A stretch of DNA of 64,000 bases from Octopus vulgaris (GCA_951406725.2 OX597829.1:31930001-31994000), one strand, 5' to 3'. Numbered from the stretch's first letter, positions 14,485-28,721 are shown. The notes: generated by a model from the letters alone, not told the origin. Translations and numbers: made by a program.

Positions 14485-14518
<34 letters not shown>

Positions 14519-14670
14519 GTTATTGTTATTATTATTATTAATATTATTATTATTATTATCATCAAGAATAAGAGCAATACTATTGATTTCTTTATGCTGG
14601 CACATAGTTACCACCACCAACACCATGATGATGATCATGACCATGTTCTTTATCAACAACAACAACAACA
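14485..14670. repeat. (ATT)n and other trinucleotide microsatellites
   Basis: Read directly. Confidence 0.9.
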
Positions 14671-14999
14671 ATACTGTTGTAGTTCATTCATTCATTATAC
14701 AACCTTTAACATACCATGGAAGTCGTCATCTGCAATCTCTCTTCTTTTACCTTTACTTCACTAAGGTCAATTACAGATATATCTAACTGCATTCAATGAC
14801 ACCTTAACTTTACCCCCCTCTCTCTTCTCTTTCCCACTTCCTCTACTTCTATATTTTCATATCTTGGTGGTATTGTTAGGAATTTGTATATGTTCTGAAA
14901 GTAAAGTAAAAATCAGCATAACATTTTTGTGAACTGACATGTGTTATTCAAATTGTACATGTTGGTAGAGTAGCTCTTCCTCTACACAGAGGTACTATG

Positions 15000-15900
15000 C
15001 AACACATACAATACATTCTCCCTCTCAAGCAATGCATTTCCCTCCACTACTAACTCCATTATTGAATCTAGCTTTTGAATCCTCTTAGAAAAAATTTGGC
15101 CACTTTCACCTCCATCGTGTCAGCAAATTGTAGTCCCCAAAGACTTCATTGGACTGAATGGGTGAAAGTTGAAGGGTACCAGATCTGTAGTGGATGAGGA
15201 GGAGCACTGACCAACTTAATTTGCTGATTTGTTGCCAAAGATGAATATGTGTGTGTGTATGTGTGTGGGGGTGCATTGTCATAATGAACGCGGGTCATTT
15301 TCTGATTCTCAATTAGTCTCTTCCTCCTAATGACTTCTGTAAGTTGTTTGGATGTCTCAATGTACTGCTCACTGTTCACAGTACAGCTACTTTCTAGAAA
15401 AATCAAAGAGAATGATTCCCCCCATTACATTGAATATGAATTTCTGTGCCTATCACTGGCTCTTGAATTTTTTATGCCTATGCAAAGAGGTGTAATCTCA
15501 TTCCATTGTTTAAACCTTTGTGTCTGAATCATAAAGATATGCACACATTTCATCCCATGTCATCATACAGGAAAAAAATGTCTTCGCTGATTTCAAAATG
15601 CTTCCAGCAGGTTAGGGCAGGCTCTCACTGTTGTTTGCTTCAAATCTGGTGTTAAATACTGAGCTACCAATTTTGCACAGTTTTCCAATACTGAAAGTCT
15701 TCCATTATATTCAGTAATGCACAGTGACCACAGTCTAGATGTGCAACAAGATCAAAAACTGTGACTCATCTGTTCCACATGAACCAGTTTATTCACACAC
15801 TTGCAGTTCATAGTCTCCTACAGATTGGTTCGTCTTTAATGCTAGTTTCCCCTTAAAATTTTTTCATCCATCTGTACACATTAGGTTTGTCAGTGAAGTC
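15000..15900 (-). mobile_element. Decayed mariner transposase
   Basis: TVNSEQY and HYDNAPPH; the HP.SPDL-like motif is frameshifted. Confidence 0.7.
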
Positions 15901-18418
15901 ATCTCTATAAACAACCTGTAGCTTCCTACAGATGTTGGACAGCCTGTGTGCTTCCTTCAAGACCTCAATAATGGTACATCATTTTTGCTTGAACCCATTA
16001 TTCACCTGTGATGAGGAACAGGAATAAATTTTACAATAGAGGAAGAGTTACTTGACAAACGTGCAATTTGAACATTATGTCAGTTAATAAAAGTTATGTT
16101 TATTTTTGCATAAGTTTCAAAACATCCTTTGTATTTATTATTCTTATTTTAATCTTAATTGCTGAACTATATCATTATATAACAGAGATGGTAAATGTGG
16201 AAATGAGTCAAAACGAAAACATCTCACACATAATGACAGTGTAAATCACTTCTGCTACAGTCAGCAGAACGTTTGTCACAGACAAAAGTGCAATATGCAA
16301 AAAATGACCGGTACCAGAAGAGAGAATGCACCAAGGTACAAAAAAATGTGTACAAACAGTTGAAAACAATTGCAAAAATACTTGTCCAAAATCTGCTGAA
16401 AGCAGAAGTAAAGCAAAGCAAAATTAAACATTTCAGGACCAAATTCAACATTCAACACTCATTATTGATGTGTCAGAGTGGATAGCATGAGGTTGAAAGC
16501 ATGTATGTATGTATGAACATTGAGCAAAAAATATTTGATATACAAAAATGTGTGAACAAAACATTTAACAATCAAAAACAGGAACAATGTGAAAAAATGT
16601 TCCTGAAAAGTGAAAACATGGGAAAAATATGTAAAGCCAGTCTTTTCAAAGTACAAACATGCAAAAAGTTCATTGTGTACAGAGAGTCCACTTTAAGATG
16701 TTAGTGAATAACGTGGTAAATGGCAAAGAATAACACTACAAGTGTCATGATAAGAAGATGCAAGAATCCTTGAAAAGGGCTCCAAACGATGGAATGCAGT
16801 TCGAAGTTGTTGAAGTGGCAGCAATGGTTACAACAGGGCATCTAGTTGAAGAGAGGTACCGTTGAGTGTCATTGCTTAAAAATGCTGTCATGCAAGGTAA
16901 CCAGCAAATGAAGTCAGAGTGGTAAGCAAGAGTGACTGAAAGGTACCGACTGTGGAATTGAAGACAAGCCAGAGCTCCCCCATTCTCCAGCTGAGAGAAG
17001 CAGGGAAGTGATGTAAAATGCTGAACTGGGAGTAAGACGGCATCAAGAAATGTTACGTACTTACTGGAAACATAACCATGCATTTTACTGCTACTTTCAG
17101 CAAATAGATGATGCTGTGTAAGAATGAAGTAACGTCTCGTGAAACATGAAGAATACTGCCAAAAAGGTTGTTAGAATGATATAGCCATCAAGTTTATCAT
17201 GTGAAAAACTACAAGGACCTCATCTGCAAGAAAGTCTTTAGCTATAGGCTCTGCAAGTCATTGACAAAATGGAAAACTTAACTTTCCACATGTGATAAAG
17301 CTGATAATGTAGAGGCAATCCTGAAGTTGAATGTCGGGGTCACCAATTATAATGAAGTTGGGAAAATGTGGAAATGATATATAACACAAGATGAAATGAA
17401 CTGGTAAACGACAATTTATTCTCTGTTATAAAATACAATGGTTGCCATACATGAAATAAAATAATATAACAGGTTACAACAAAGATGTGTGAGAGACTTC
17501 ATGGCTAGACTGGACTGTTGATCTTGTAGACAAAGTTGATGTTCTGTTTGGTGGTGAGTAGAGGCAGCCGTTGGTCTGTTGGTCATGTGATGTTCATACA
17601 GCAACAATGTAGGTAGGTGTATGGTGGAGTTGAAAGCAGAGACAAGTTGAGTGTGGTCAGTGGCATGTGCCAAAGACCTAGAGTAGTCAAAAACTGTCAT
17701 TCTTATAGAGATCAGTAGGCTCCCAGGAGATGGTGATTAATTTCCCATGTAAAGAAAAATGAACTGTTGTGCCAACATGACTAGACAGCTGGAAACCGGC
17801 CATTACTAAAGACAGGTTCGTTTAATCACAGAGTCATGTGACCTGCTGGAACGAAAAGGGCTCTGGAGCTGATATCTCAGTATTTAAGCCTAGATGAGTC
17901 AAAATGAAAACATCTCACACATAATGACAGTGTAAATTGCTTCTGCTACAATCAGTCCACAATGTTTTGGATGGTGAGAATAAGGGAGCACAAGTTGATG
18001 CAGAACAAATATTGACTTCTTTCGAAAACACTTTTTTCTGTATCTTGTCAATATTAACATCCTTTGCCAATATACATGGGCAAAAGATGAGCACATAACA
18101 TTTGCTGATATGTTTATTTTGATAAAATACAAGGGCAACCCTTTAGTATTGGTATACTGAATGTCAGTATGAGATGACATCATTCACCCTCTTTTTCAGC
18201 CTCGCCTTATTTACAATGTCATGAGGGAAGGTTATGTGGCTGAATGATGTCTACCAATACCAAAGGATTCCCAATACGAGTGGATGGGAGAAAACGTAAA
18301 AGATCCTACACATAATATATGGTAAAGATCTTTGTGAAAAGTCAGAAATTGAACAAACTGGATGGACAAAACCCAACATTTTTTTTTTTTCTGAAATGTT
18401 ATCTACAGTGGTTAAATA

Positions 18419-19299
18419 CAGGATGTGATGGGTAAATTGTCACCATTTTATATTTTTAATTTCACACATGTTCCTTGTTTATTTTTGATTTTGTCGACTA
18501 CACAATAAGGGTCAGTTGGCACTGTCTGTGAGAAAAACAGCACCATGATGCAATTCACTCTGCCAGAAATTTGGAAATGACATGCTGTAGTGCTTGGCAT
18601 TTGTGCCAGAAGCTCCAATATGAACAGATGAGGAACACACAGAATAACCATTGACTTGCCATGTCCTCAAAACATGTACTGAGAGTGATAAAAATCAAAC
18701 ATCCAATCAGCATCATGGTGTTTGGAGTGATAACTAGTGATGGTGATGTTATGCCTCCATTCATCTTCCCACATAGCCTCAGACCCAACACGGAAGCCTA
18801 CATCAAGTGCCTGCAGGACGTAGTGCTACCTGGGTCAAGAGAATGGCTGCTGGAAGACCCTCTATCTGGCAAAAGGACTGCACCATGTCACACAAGCAGG
18901 AAAATCCAGTCATGGCTGTCAGACAATTTCTGTAACCACATCACCCCTAAGATCTGGCCACCTAACTCCTCAGACTGCAGCCTCATTGATTATTATGTGT
19001 GGGGCACAGTTGAGCGAGAGACCAACAAAACTCCTTGTAAAACCAAAGATGAACTGAAGGCAAGGATTATGGCAGCATTCACTAACTTAAACAAAGAAAC
19101 CGTCCAGAAGAGTTGCAGGAGATTCCAAAGTTATCTGGAGGCCATGGTTGAAGCCAATGGCAATTTTATTGAATGAATTTACTCTTTAGTATTTCAAGAT
19201 ATTTTAATGTAATTTTGGTAAATATATCTGTTAAAACGAGATGCTAGCGTTATTTTCATTTTTACATAGTTTACACAACAATGTATTCAACATGCCCTG
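18419..19299 (+). mobile_element. Internally deleted Tc1/mariner element, probably maT (DD37D)-like
   Basis: TA|CAGGATGTG...CATGCCCTG|TA ends. ORF 18661-19176 contains MVFGVITSDGDVMPPFIF, APCHTS and WPPNS.D..IDYYVWG. Confidence 0.85.
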
Positions 19300-20110
19300 T
19301 ACATCCAAAGAAATTACAATATCCAGAGTTCTGAATAATTTCCAACTCTATTCTATTAGAATAGCTAACCATGTAAGAAAAAAAGAATGGGATGGGGTGA
19401 TAGTAGGTGAGTAAACTGAAATTTAAAAGAAATTAAAGATGGACATAAATTGGTACAACTGCCTGAAAACAAAGAACATCAAATCCAAAACATTTTTCAG
19501 TAGCAACAAAATAGGCATTTCAGAAATAAAGCACTTGGTGTTGCTATGGATACTTGTAACACCTGTGACCTTTTGTGAAACACATGTAGGAGTTGAATGC
19601 AATTTGAATGTCATGTCAGTATATATATCGGACACAAGTTGTGTTGTTAATCAGCTGGAGAAGATGTTTTCCTGGGGTTAAGAAATAGTAGTAATGTCTA
19701 TCTGTACAGAATAACCATGTTAAATGGCAACAAACATTACTTTACAAAAAGTATTTATGCACTCCAAATGCAAATGAAATATAATTGTTCTGAGATGACT
19801 GTTAAGAAATATCCAAACCTTTCTGTTAAACACTTTAAAAACCTCATTCCACATGCAGACTGAATGAAGACCATTGTAAGGTCGTAAAAGACTTAGAATA
19901 CTAAAACTTCCACTAATCACATTCCTTTCATATTGCAGAATACACACATTATGTTCATTATTTGGTCCAGGTATTCTGTGAGCTTTAGTTTTATTCACAG
20001 GAAAGTGAAACAATTCAACTCGACAGAAAAATGGCGTAATAAAATTAAAGTGTGTGTGTGTGTGTATGAAGGCACATAACTTAGTGGTTAGTGGTATTTG
20101 GGTCATGATC

Positions 20111-20862
20111 GCCGGGCGAAATGCTTAGCGGTATTTCGTCTGTGTTACGTTGTGAGTTCAAATTCCGCCGAGGTCGACTTTGCCTTTCATCCTTTCGGGG
20201 TCGATAAATTAAGTACCAGTTACACACTGGGGTCGATGTGATCGACTTAATACCTATGTCTGTCCTTGTTTGTCCCCTCTGTGTTTAGCCCCTTGTGGGT
20301 AATAAAGAAATAGGTATTTCGTCTGCGTTACGTTGTGAGTTCAAATTCTGCCGAGGTCGACTTTGCCTTTCATCCTATCGGGGTCGATAAATTAAGTACC
20401 AGTTACGCACTGGGGTCGATGTGATCGACTTAATACCTATGTCTGTCCTTGTTTGTCCCCTCTGTGTTTAGCCCCTTGTGGGTAATAAAGAAATAGGTAT
20501 TTCGTCTGCTTTACATTGTGAGTTCAAATTCCGCCGAGGTCGACTTTGCCTTTCATCCTTTCGGGGTCGATAAATTAAGTACCAGTTACGCACTGGGGTC
20601 GATGTGATCGACTTAATACCTATGTCTGTCCTTGTTTGTCCCCTCTGTGTTTAGCCCCTTGTGGGTAATAAAGAAATAGGTATTTCGTCTGCTGTTATGT
20701 TCTGAGTTCAAATTCCGCCGAGGTCGACTTTGCCTTTCATCCTTTCGGGGTCGATAAATTAAGTACCAGTTACGCACTGGGGTCGATGTGATCGACTTAA
20801 TACCTATGTCTGTCCTTGTTTGTCCCCTCTGTGTTTAGCCCCTTGTGGGTAATAAAGAAATA
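20111..20862 (+). repeat. Four head-to-tail 183-bp units of SINE family B, flanked by an 18-bp target-site duplication
   Basis: gtatttcgtctg at 20131, 20314, 20497 and 20680. ggtatttgggtcatgatc at 20093-20110 and 20863-20880. Confidence 0.95.
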
Positions 20863-21156
20863 GGTATTTGGGTCATGATCATAAGGTTGTGAGTTTGATT
20901 CTCGGCCACACATTCTGTCGTTTATTTCACATTGCTCCAGTCCATTCAGCTGGCAAAAATGGAGTTATATCTTTAATTCAAAGGGTCGGTCTTGTCACAT
21001 TCTGTGTCCAGCTGGAACTCCCTGGGAACTATGTAAAGTGTATGCGTCTCTACGGAGTGCTCAGCCACTTGCACATTAATTTCACCAGCAGGTATCAACT
21101 GAAACATTCATCATCGTAACTGATTAAGTGTTGGTTTTTTTTTTTTATGTATGTGT

Positions 21157-21206
<50 letters not shown>

Positions 21207-22438
21207 AAAGTATTAGCGATCCAGTATAGTAGTAACTGTGAAGGTACATGGCCTAACACTCAGGGCTGTTTAGCTCATGATCATAAAGTTGTGGGTTTAA
21301 TTCCTAGGTCAGTCACTGCATTGTGTCCTTGAGCGAGGTACTTCATTTCATGTGCTTCCAGTCTACTTAACAGTTATGAGTACTAACCGAGTACTCACAA
21401 ACGTTTGGGAGCCAAGATGTCAATATCTATCTGCAATGATATAGGCATCTTAAAGAGTTAACTGAAGCTATGCTAACTTTTTACTAAGCCATAGTGACTT
21501 GCAATGAACACCTAGTTTTACATTATGTTACACAAATGACCCCACAAAGTTATTTTTGAGATATATTCAAGATTTCTTGTGTCACTGACATTGTTTCTCA
21601 AAAGCAATTCGATGGAGTCACTACTGATTCTGACCAAACAACACAACATGTATCCTCTTTTATTATTAATTCATTCATCACTGATACAGGATGACAAGGT
21701 ACATTCAGTTGTGAACCATATTGTTGCTCATTACTAATTGATCTCTCATAACATGATTCAGCAATCAAAGATTGTGCTTATGATATTTTCAGTTATTTTT
21801 TTTATTATTTACTGATCATATGTTTTAAATTTTACTCTAAATATTATTCCAACCGTAATACAATATCATTATGTGTGTTTGGAAACAGTTTGGAGTTGTT
21901 ATTTGGGTAAGTTAGGGGAACAAATTGGGGTCTTGGAACAAACACCTGTTTTTCCTCATATGTTCTAGTCACAGAGAGAATAAATTAAAAATTTTATTGA
22001 CTGTCCCAATCTGCAGAATGTTTTTGCACTATGTATGTAATAAACAGGTCAGTGGTGCATCCTCACCCCTCAAAAATAAGCTCAATCATAAGACCCAGAT
22101 CCTATATGCCAAATAAGGCCTCTGAGATTCCCCAGTCTTTCTGTGTGGTTGTTCAATCTGCAAGAAATAACAATGAAGTCTCTCTATAATTACAGTCTTG
22201 TTTTAAATGTATGAAAGGAAAAAATAATAAAGAAGATAGGTTGATCATTGTTGAAACCTTCCTACATAGAGGTCTGTTTGACGAGGGTTGATTCAGAGCT
22301 AAATAACAAGAATCAAATAAAAGGAGGCAGATGTGCATGCAATATATACAAGCAAGCTAATTAGGAAGTGTTGTATTTAGGTCAATTTATCTATGCTGTC
22401 CCAGATAGAAATAGATTTGTTATTTGAAATTTTGATTA

Positions 22439-22940
22439 CCGTAAATCCTCGAGTATAGTCCGCCCTTGAGTATAATACGCAGGGGATTTTTAGGGGGCTG
22501 TACCTCTGAAAACCTAAACCTTGTGTATAATACGCACCCCTTCTCTAACATGAGTCAAGGAGGTCTACATAACGTCCTTGGTTTGTATACGGTAACGTCC
22601 TTTATTATTATTGTATATATAACAATGCAAACGTGTAGCTTTTTTGTGCATTTTGTTTGCAGAAAATAAAGAAATAACAGTAATAATGTTTAATAAATGT
22701 TTCTTACTGCAAGTTATGGATGATTCTTTTATGACTTCATTGTTTTCAGGCTTAGCTTAAGGTATTTTCGCACCCAATATCACAAAATGTGTCTGAATAA
22801 ACATTGCCGGACAGCAAATAGAGACTCAAACATTGCTTAGGAAATATTTTTCATTTTTAACCTCGTATATAGTATACACTAGGGATTTTGACCTTTAAAA
22901 TTTTTGGAAAAAAATGCTGATTATACTCGAGGATTTATGG
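22439..22940. mobile_element. pogo/Tigger-type MITE
   Basis: TA|CCGTAAATCCTCGAGTATAGTC ... GATTATACTCGAGGATTTATGG|TA: terminal inverted repeats with a TA duplication. Confidence 0.9.
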
Positions 22941-23186
22941 TAGATTTGTAATTTGGAATTTTGATTATGCTAATGCGATTCTAAAATATTTACAATAAAT
23001 TACTGAAAATAAACTTGTGTTCTTGACTTTAAATTGTATTTAAAAATATAGAAGTAACTCCAATAAAATTGTAAAGGCTTTCAAATTTCATGTTCCAGTT
23101 CAAAATCATACAGGTAATTCATTTGTAGCTCTCTTAACTCTAATCCAAAGTCATTTGTAGAGCTCCCTAAACATCATTGGCTTTCT

Positions 23187-23397
23187 TACTCTCTCTTTTA
23201 CTCTTTTACTTGTTTCAGTCATTTGACTGCGGCCATGCTGGAGCACCGCCTTTAGTTGAGCAAATCAACCCCGGGACTTATTCTTTGTAAGCCCAGTACT
23301 TATTCTATTGGTCTCTTTTGCCGAACCGCTAAGTGACGGGGACGTAAACACACCAGCATCGGTTGTCAAGCAATGCTAGGGGGACAAACACAAACAT

Positions 23398-23428
<31 letters not shown>

Positions 23429-23600
23429 CATATATACGACAGGCTTCTTTCAGTTTCTGTCTACCAAATCCACTCACAAGGCATTGGTTGGCCCGGGGCT
23501 ATAGCAGAAGACACTTGCCCAAGATGCCACGCAGTGGGACTGAACCCGGAACCATGTGGTTGGTTAGCAAGCTACTTACCACACAACCACCCCTGTGCCT
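23187..23600 (-). mobile_element. SINE family A, near full length
   Basis: Homologous to the other family A copies. Confidence 0.88.
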
Positions 23601-25304
23601 TTCTTGATACCCTAATTGTAATAAGTGAAAAACAAAATACTTCTACATGCTATAAATACAAATGAAATATATGTATGCATTTAAGCAGCTGTTTGTTGTG
23701 ACATTTGAGGGTTAACATGCAGTTTACCCACATAAAAAAGAGAAAGTAAATTGTTCTAAAAAAGAACTGAAAGTAACAATGTAAAATTTACTTTTATTAC
23801 TGGTCTCATATTGTCACCTAGGTTTCTTGTTGAGAACCCATCATCTTTCTACAGTCAGTGTTTGGATACTGTTATTGTTTGGCTCAACAAAAGCAAGGGA
23901 ATGGTTGTCAACATCATGAGTATAGAAGCTGTCGACACCTACATATGAAGTGCACCCATCGGATACCAACCTTGTTTGTGGTTATATATTCAGTGCTTTA
24001 TAATTGTTTTAAGTGCGCTATCCAGGGTGGGGGTGGGGGTTCTTTAAGGTCTTTTTTACCAAATTCTGGTGTATGACTGTCGTCACTTCCATATATTTTT
24101 AGGACAATTTACCTTCACTTTTTAATGACAATTGAGACTGTTTTCAGATAAATAGTAAAAAAAGTCTCATAAACATTTCAGCACAATGTTGAATGATCTT
24201 GCTTCAAATTTTTATTTTTAGTGTCATTCCATATGAAAACATGATCGTGTGGTTGATTACTCTTTAGATTGAAAACATTGCAATAAAGTGAGACGTGATG
24301 TCATAATTTTAACTACCCACATTACTTAAAATTTAAAGAAGCTTACATTATTGAAATCCAGTTGTAGCCATCTTCACCATGTATCTTTTACGGGGTTGAT
24401 TAAAAGAAGTGCCTGCTATATATTGAGGTCGACTAATAGCTTCCTCACAAAATTACTGGCCTGGCTTTGTACTTAAATTTAGCCCAAATATTTTACAATA
24501 GAGCCAACAGAATATTTTTTTATTGTCAGAAAAGTTAATTTATCACTGGAAATATTAAACATTTTCATGCAATGACCTTTAATTTCCCAATCAAAAGTGA
24601 AGATATATGCTTCGAATACTTTTAAGGTAAATTTATTTATTCTTTTTTAACCACTACTCCGAAACTATAACTTAATCCAATCACGGTCAAATTGCAGCTG
24701 CAGGACTTTCTAAATAACAAACATGTTTTATGAAATTTTGGCATGTCATTGTCATCACTTCTTGTTTCTATTGCAATATATATTTTCATTTTTTTAAGGA
24801 CTATTTACTTTCACTATGTTACGACAGAAAACCCGCATGTTAACTGACTTCATCTTTCATCAGGGGTGGGAGAATCTTTCACCTGCATTCAAATTCTAAC
24901 CCAAACCATCTCTGCATTTTTTAAGACTCTGAAAACTCATTAAAAAAAATAATTTATATAATAAGCAGATTAAACACTCAAACCAAAAATTGTAACTTAA
25001 GTTGTATTCATGTAGATTCGTAAAATTTGAGATAACTTATTTTTAAGTACCCCAACCATCAAATCTTCATGGTTACTTTGATTGCGATAGCAACCTCAAA
25101 TCTTACACTGGTTTTAATAAAGGTAAGACACCTTGAATTACAATTCTTTCTTCTAAAGGTACAGGGCCAGCAATTCTGAAGGAGTGGGAAGTCGATTACA
25201 TCAACTGGTATTTATTTTATCAACTTTGAGAGGATGAAAGGCAAAGTCAACCTTGGCAGGATTTGAAGTCAGAACATAAAGAGCAACAAAATATCTCTAA
25301 GCAT

Positions 25305-28300
25305 AATAATAATAATATGAACCCAAAGTAAGGGGTTACAGAAAGTACATGTTAACACTTTGGGTAAAAAAGGGGATGTTTGAAGTAACAGCAGAGGCTA
25401 GTGGACCAGGCTAATGCTATTAGGAGAAAAAAGTGGATGACAGAATTAGCAGTAGAAGAGATCACAAGAAAACTAAAAAAGGGAGATCAAGAAGTAGAAC
25501 AGTCAAACAACATAAGTGATGCAGTTGAAGCCAAAGAAGAGCCTACAACAATAATAGCACTATCAATCCGGAAGGGAAAATTAAAGCCGGTGACTTAAGC
25601 AAGGAAGATCATCAGATTTTAGATGAGTTGAAAGAAGAATGAGTAAAGAAGAAAGAAAAAAGATAACCAGCATTAAAATGTGTTAATAGAAGGAAGTTGC
25701 TAAATATTACTAGGAAAGTAGAGGCTGTTATCAGTAAGATAGATACTAAAAAATACAGGTGACACTAATTTATTGATTTATGCAGGAGAGACTAGGTATT
25801 CCCCAAGAAAAGAGTAGGAAGGAGCTGATGTGGAAAAGATTAGAAAATAAGTAAAGACAAGATCTGAGTAGATTAAAAGCCTGGATACAGGACAAGTTAA
25901 GTAACACAAGATTTAAATCTTCCCCTGAGAAAAAATACTTAGTCAAAGAGAAAGGATTTGAGATAGTCATTGAAGAGCTGAAACAGCATATCATAGCAAT
26001 AGTAGGCAAGCTTTCCAGATATCAAAAAAGAATAAATCAGTATAAACAGAACAGATTGTTTGAGACAGACTAGAGAAATCTCCTCTAGTCTGTCTCAAAC
26101 AGCATTAAATAAATAGTGTAGAAGAAACTACTGAAGATGGGAAGCCTAATGCAGAAGAAATAGCTAGAAAGTTCTGAAGTATATTTTGGATCATAATGGA
26201 GATGCATCATGGTTAAAGAAAGCAAAGGAAGAAGTAGTTAGTGAGAAGCAGTCAGATCTAAAACTAACTAGTGCATTATTAAGTTATGTGTTAGGAAGAA
26301 TACCAAATTGGAAGGATCCAGAACCAGATTTAGTTCAAGGGTACTGGCTAAAGAAATTTAATAGCTTACATGGGAGACTGAGGGAACAACTTCAGGATTG
26401 CCTGAATGGAGGAGTAATTCCTAACTGAATGGAGGAGTAATAACTAGAGGATGAACAGAACTCCTTATGAAAGACAAAAGTAAGGGCAATATAGCTAGTA
26501 ATTATAGACCAATTACTTGCTTGTCATTAGTCAGGAATGCTGAAAGCCAGAATTTACTTCCAGAAGAACAGAAAGGTTGCTGGGAGAAGGTTAGAGAAAC
26601 ACATGATCTATTATACATAGACAAAGCAGTCTTGAAAGAAATGAAATTTAGATCTCTACTCAGGTGATACAGCCTTAGGGTAAGTTAAAATCAAGAGGAG
26701 ACTCATTATTCCCTTTGATATTTGTGTTATGTGAAGGTGGCTAGCTGATAGAATCATTAGCATGCTGGGCAAAATGCTCAACAGCATTTCATCCTTCTTC
26801 ACGTTCTGAGTTCATATTCTGCTGAGGTCAACTTTACCTTTCATCCTTTCAGGGTCAATAAAATAAGTACCAGTTTATAACTGAGACTGATGTAATCAAC
26901 TTATCCTCTTCCCTGAAATTGCTGGCTTTGTACCAAAATTTGAAATCAAATATTTGTGTTATGTTTAATCCCCTTCAGTTTAGTATTAAGAAAGGCAAAC
27001 GCAGGGTATCAATCTAGAAATAGTAAAGCAAAAAATTTAACCATTTGTTCTACATGGATGATTTGAAGCTTTTTAATAAGAGTAAAAAAGAGATAGGTTC
27101 CTTAATACAAACTGTAAGACTCTTCAATAAAGATATAGGCATGGAATTGACAGAGATAAGTCCACAATATTAGTCATAAAAGAGGGACAGGTAATCAGCA
27201 GTGAAGATATTCAATTACCAAATGGCCAAACATTAAAATCACTGAAAGAAGGAGAAAGCTATCTGTCTAGGAGTATTAGAATCTGATAGACTACTAACTA
27301 TAGAAATGAATGTGAAAATTGAGAAGGAGTACACCAGAAGGGCGATGAAGTTAATGAAGTATGAATCTGGTGAAGGCTGTAAACAATTGGCAGATATTCA
27401 TCAACCTTTGTAGATTGGACAAAATATAAATTAGCAAACCTAGACTGAAAAACTAGGAGGGAATTCAATATGAATGGAGGACTTCATCCAAGAGTAGGAG
27501 TAGCAAGACTATATTTACCCAGAAAGGAAGGTGGTAGAGATTTATTATCTGTAGAAGACTGTGTGGAGTTAGCTAGAGTAGATATAGCTTCCTATGTAGG
27601 TAATAGTGAGGAAATTTTAACAAGGGTTTGCTAGAGTAATTGAAGGTGATAGGGAAATCAAAAAGATAAATGAAGTTGAAAAAAAAAAACCCAGAAAAAA
27701 GAAACAAAATTATCTGACTGGCAAGAGAAGGCTTTAGATGGTAAATTTGCAAAGATGGTGGCAGAAAATAGTGAGACATGGTTGTGGTTTCAGAAAGGAA
27801 GGCTGAAAAATGAGACAGAAAGTTTGTTAGTAATCATCACAAGATCAGGCATTGAGGACTAATTGACTAAAAGCTGAGATAGACAAAAATATGTAGATTC
27901 TCAGTGTAGGTTTTTAAATCAAAGGAAGAAAGTGTTACTCTCATAGTAACACTTTTCTCCACAAGAAGTTAGTATGCTAGCACAGAAAGAATACAAGAAA
28001 AGACATGACAACCTAGGGAAAATAATCCACTGGGATTTATGAAGAAAGTTAGGATTTGACCGAATTCATAAATGGTATGAACATTAACCTAGTAAATTGT
28101 TTGAAAGTAAGAAGTATAAGATGTGGAATTTTAACATTCAGTCTAGAAGAGAGAAGGCCTTTTTTAGTAGTAGTAGACAACGAAAATAAAAAGTGCCAGA
28201 TAATTGATTTTACAGTACCAAATGATTTTATAGTTCTCAGTCAATATGAGAGGTACAGAGAAAGTAGTAAAGTACCAGAACATAGCCATTGAGTTACAGA

Positions 28301-28563
28301 GACTATGGAAAGTGCAGATGAAATGCATCTCTGTACTTATCAGTGTATTAGGAACTATTCCTAAAGATTTGAACAGATGGATTGAGGAAATAGGCATAAA
28401 ACCTACTTTAGTACAACTGCAGAAAACAGTACTACTAAGGATATTACTCGGATACTTAGGAAAGATCTTGACATCTAAGGTTACTTGTTGTAGAGCAATG
28501 TTAGGAATTTTTTCCAACAGTCTAATCTGTTATGCGTACATGAAAAATGAAATAATAATAATA
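25305..28563 (+). mobile_element. Decayed R4/Dong-clade non-LTR retrotransposon (RT plus C-terminal restriction-like endonuclease)
   Basis: NYRPITCL, EQKGC, HLFYMDDLKL, EYKKRHDNLG, RRP..VVVD..K.CQIIDF.VP.D and QLQKTVL motifs across frames. (TAA)n at both ends. Confidence 0.88.
26733..26949 (+). mobile_element. SINE family B inserted in the Dong element
   Basis: 15-bp duplication atatttgtgttatgt at 26718-26732 and 26950-26964. Confidence 0.88.
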
Positions 28564-28721
28564 GTTCTGGATACTCCATACTGGGGTACAGCCTTGTAAG
28601 ATGTAATCAACCCTAGTATTAATTTTAAGTCAGGTAATTTTTTGCTGGGGATGTAAATAAACAGATACAAGTTGCAGTAAAAGACAAAGGTACGCACAAA
28701 TATGACAGGCTTCCAAAGTTT

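Noticed and set aside
20131-20862. CRISPR array or hammerhead retrozyme
   Set aside because: Units are contiguous with no unique spacers. The minus strand has GACGAAA, but I found no CTGANGA core at hammerhead spacing.
19380-24900. Possible minus-strand exons of a divergent transcript (acceptor-like sites near 19468, 19712, 23939 and 24882; donor-like near 30605)
   Set aside because: No recognisable protein and early stops in the frames I checked. Splice-like motifs alone are insufficient without RNA data.
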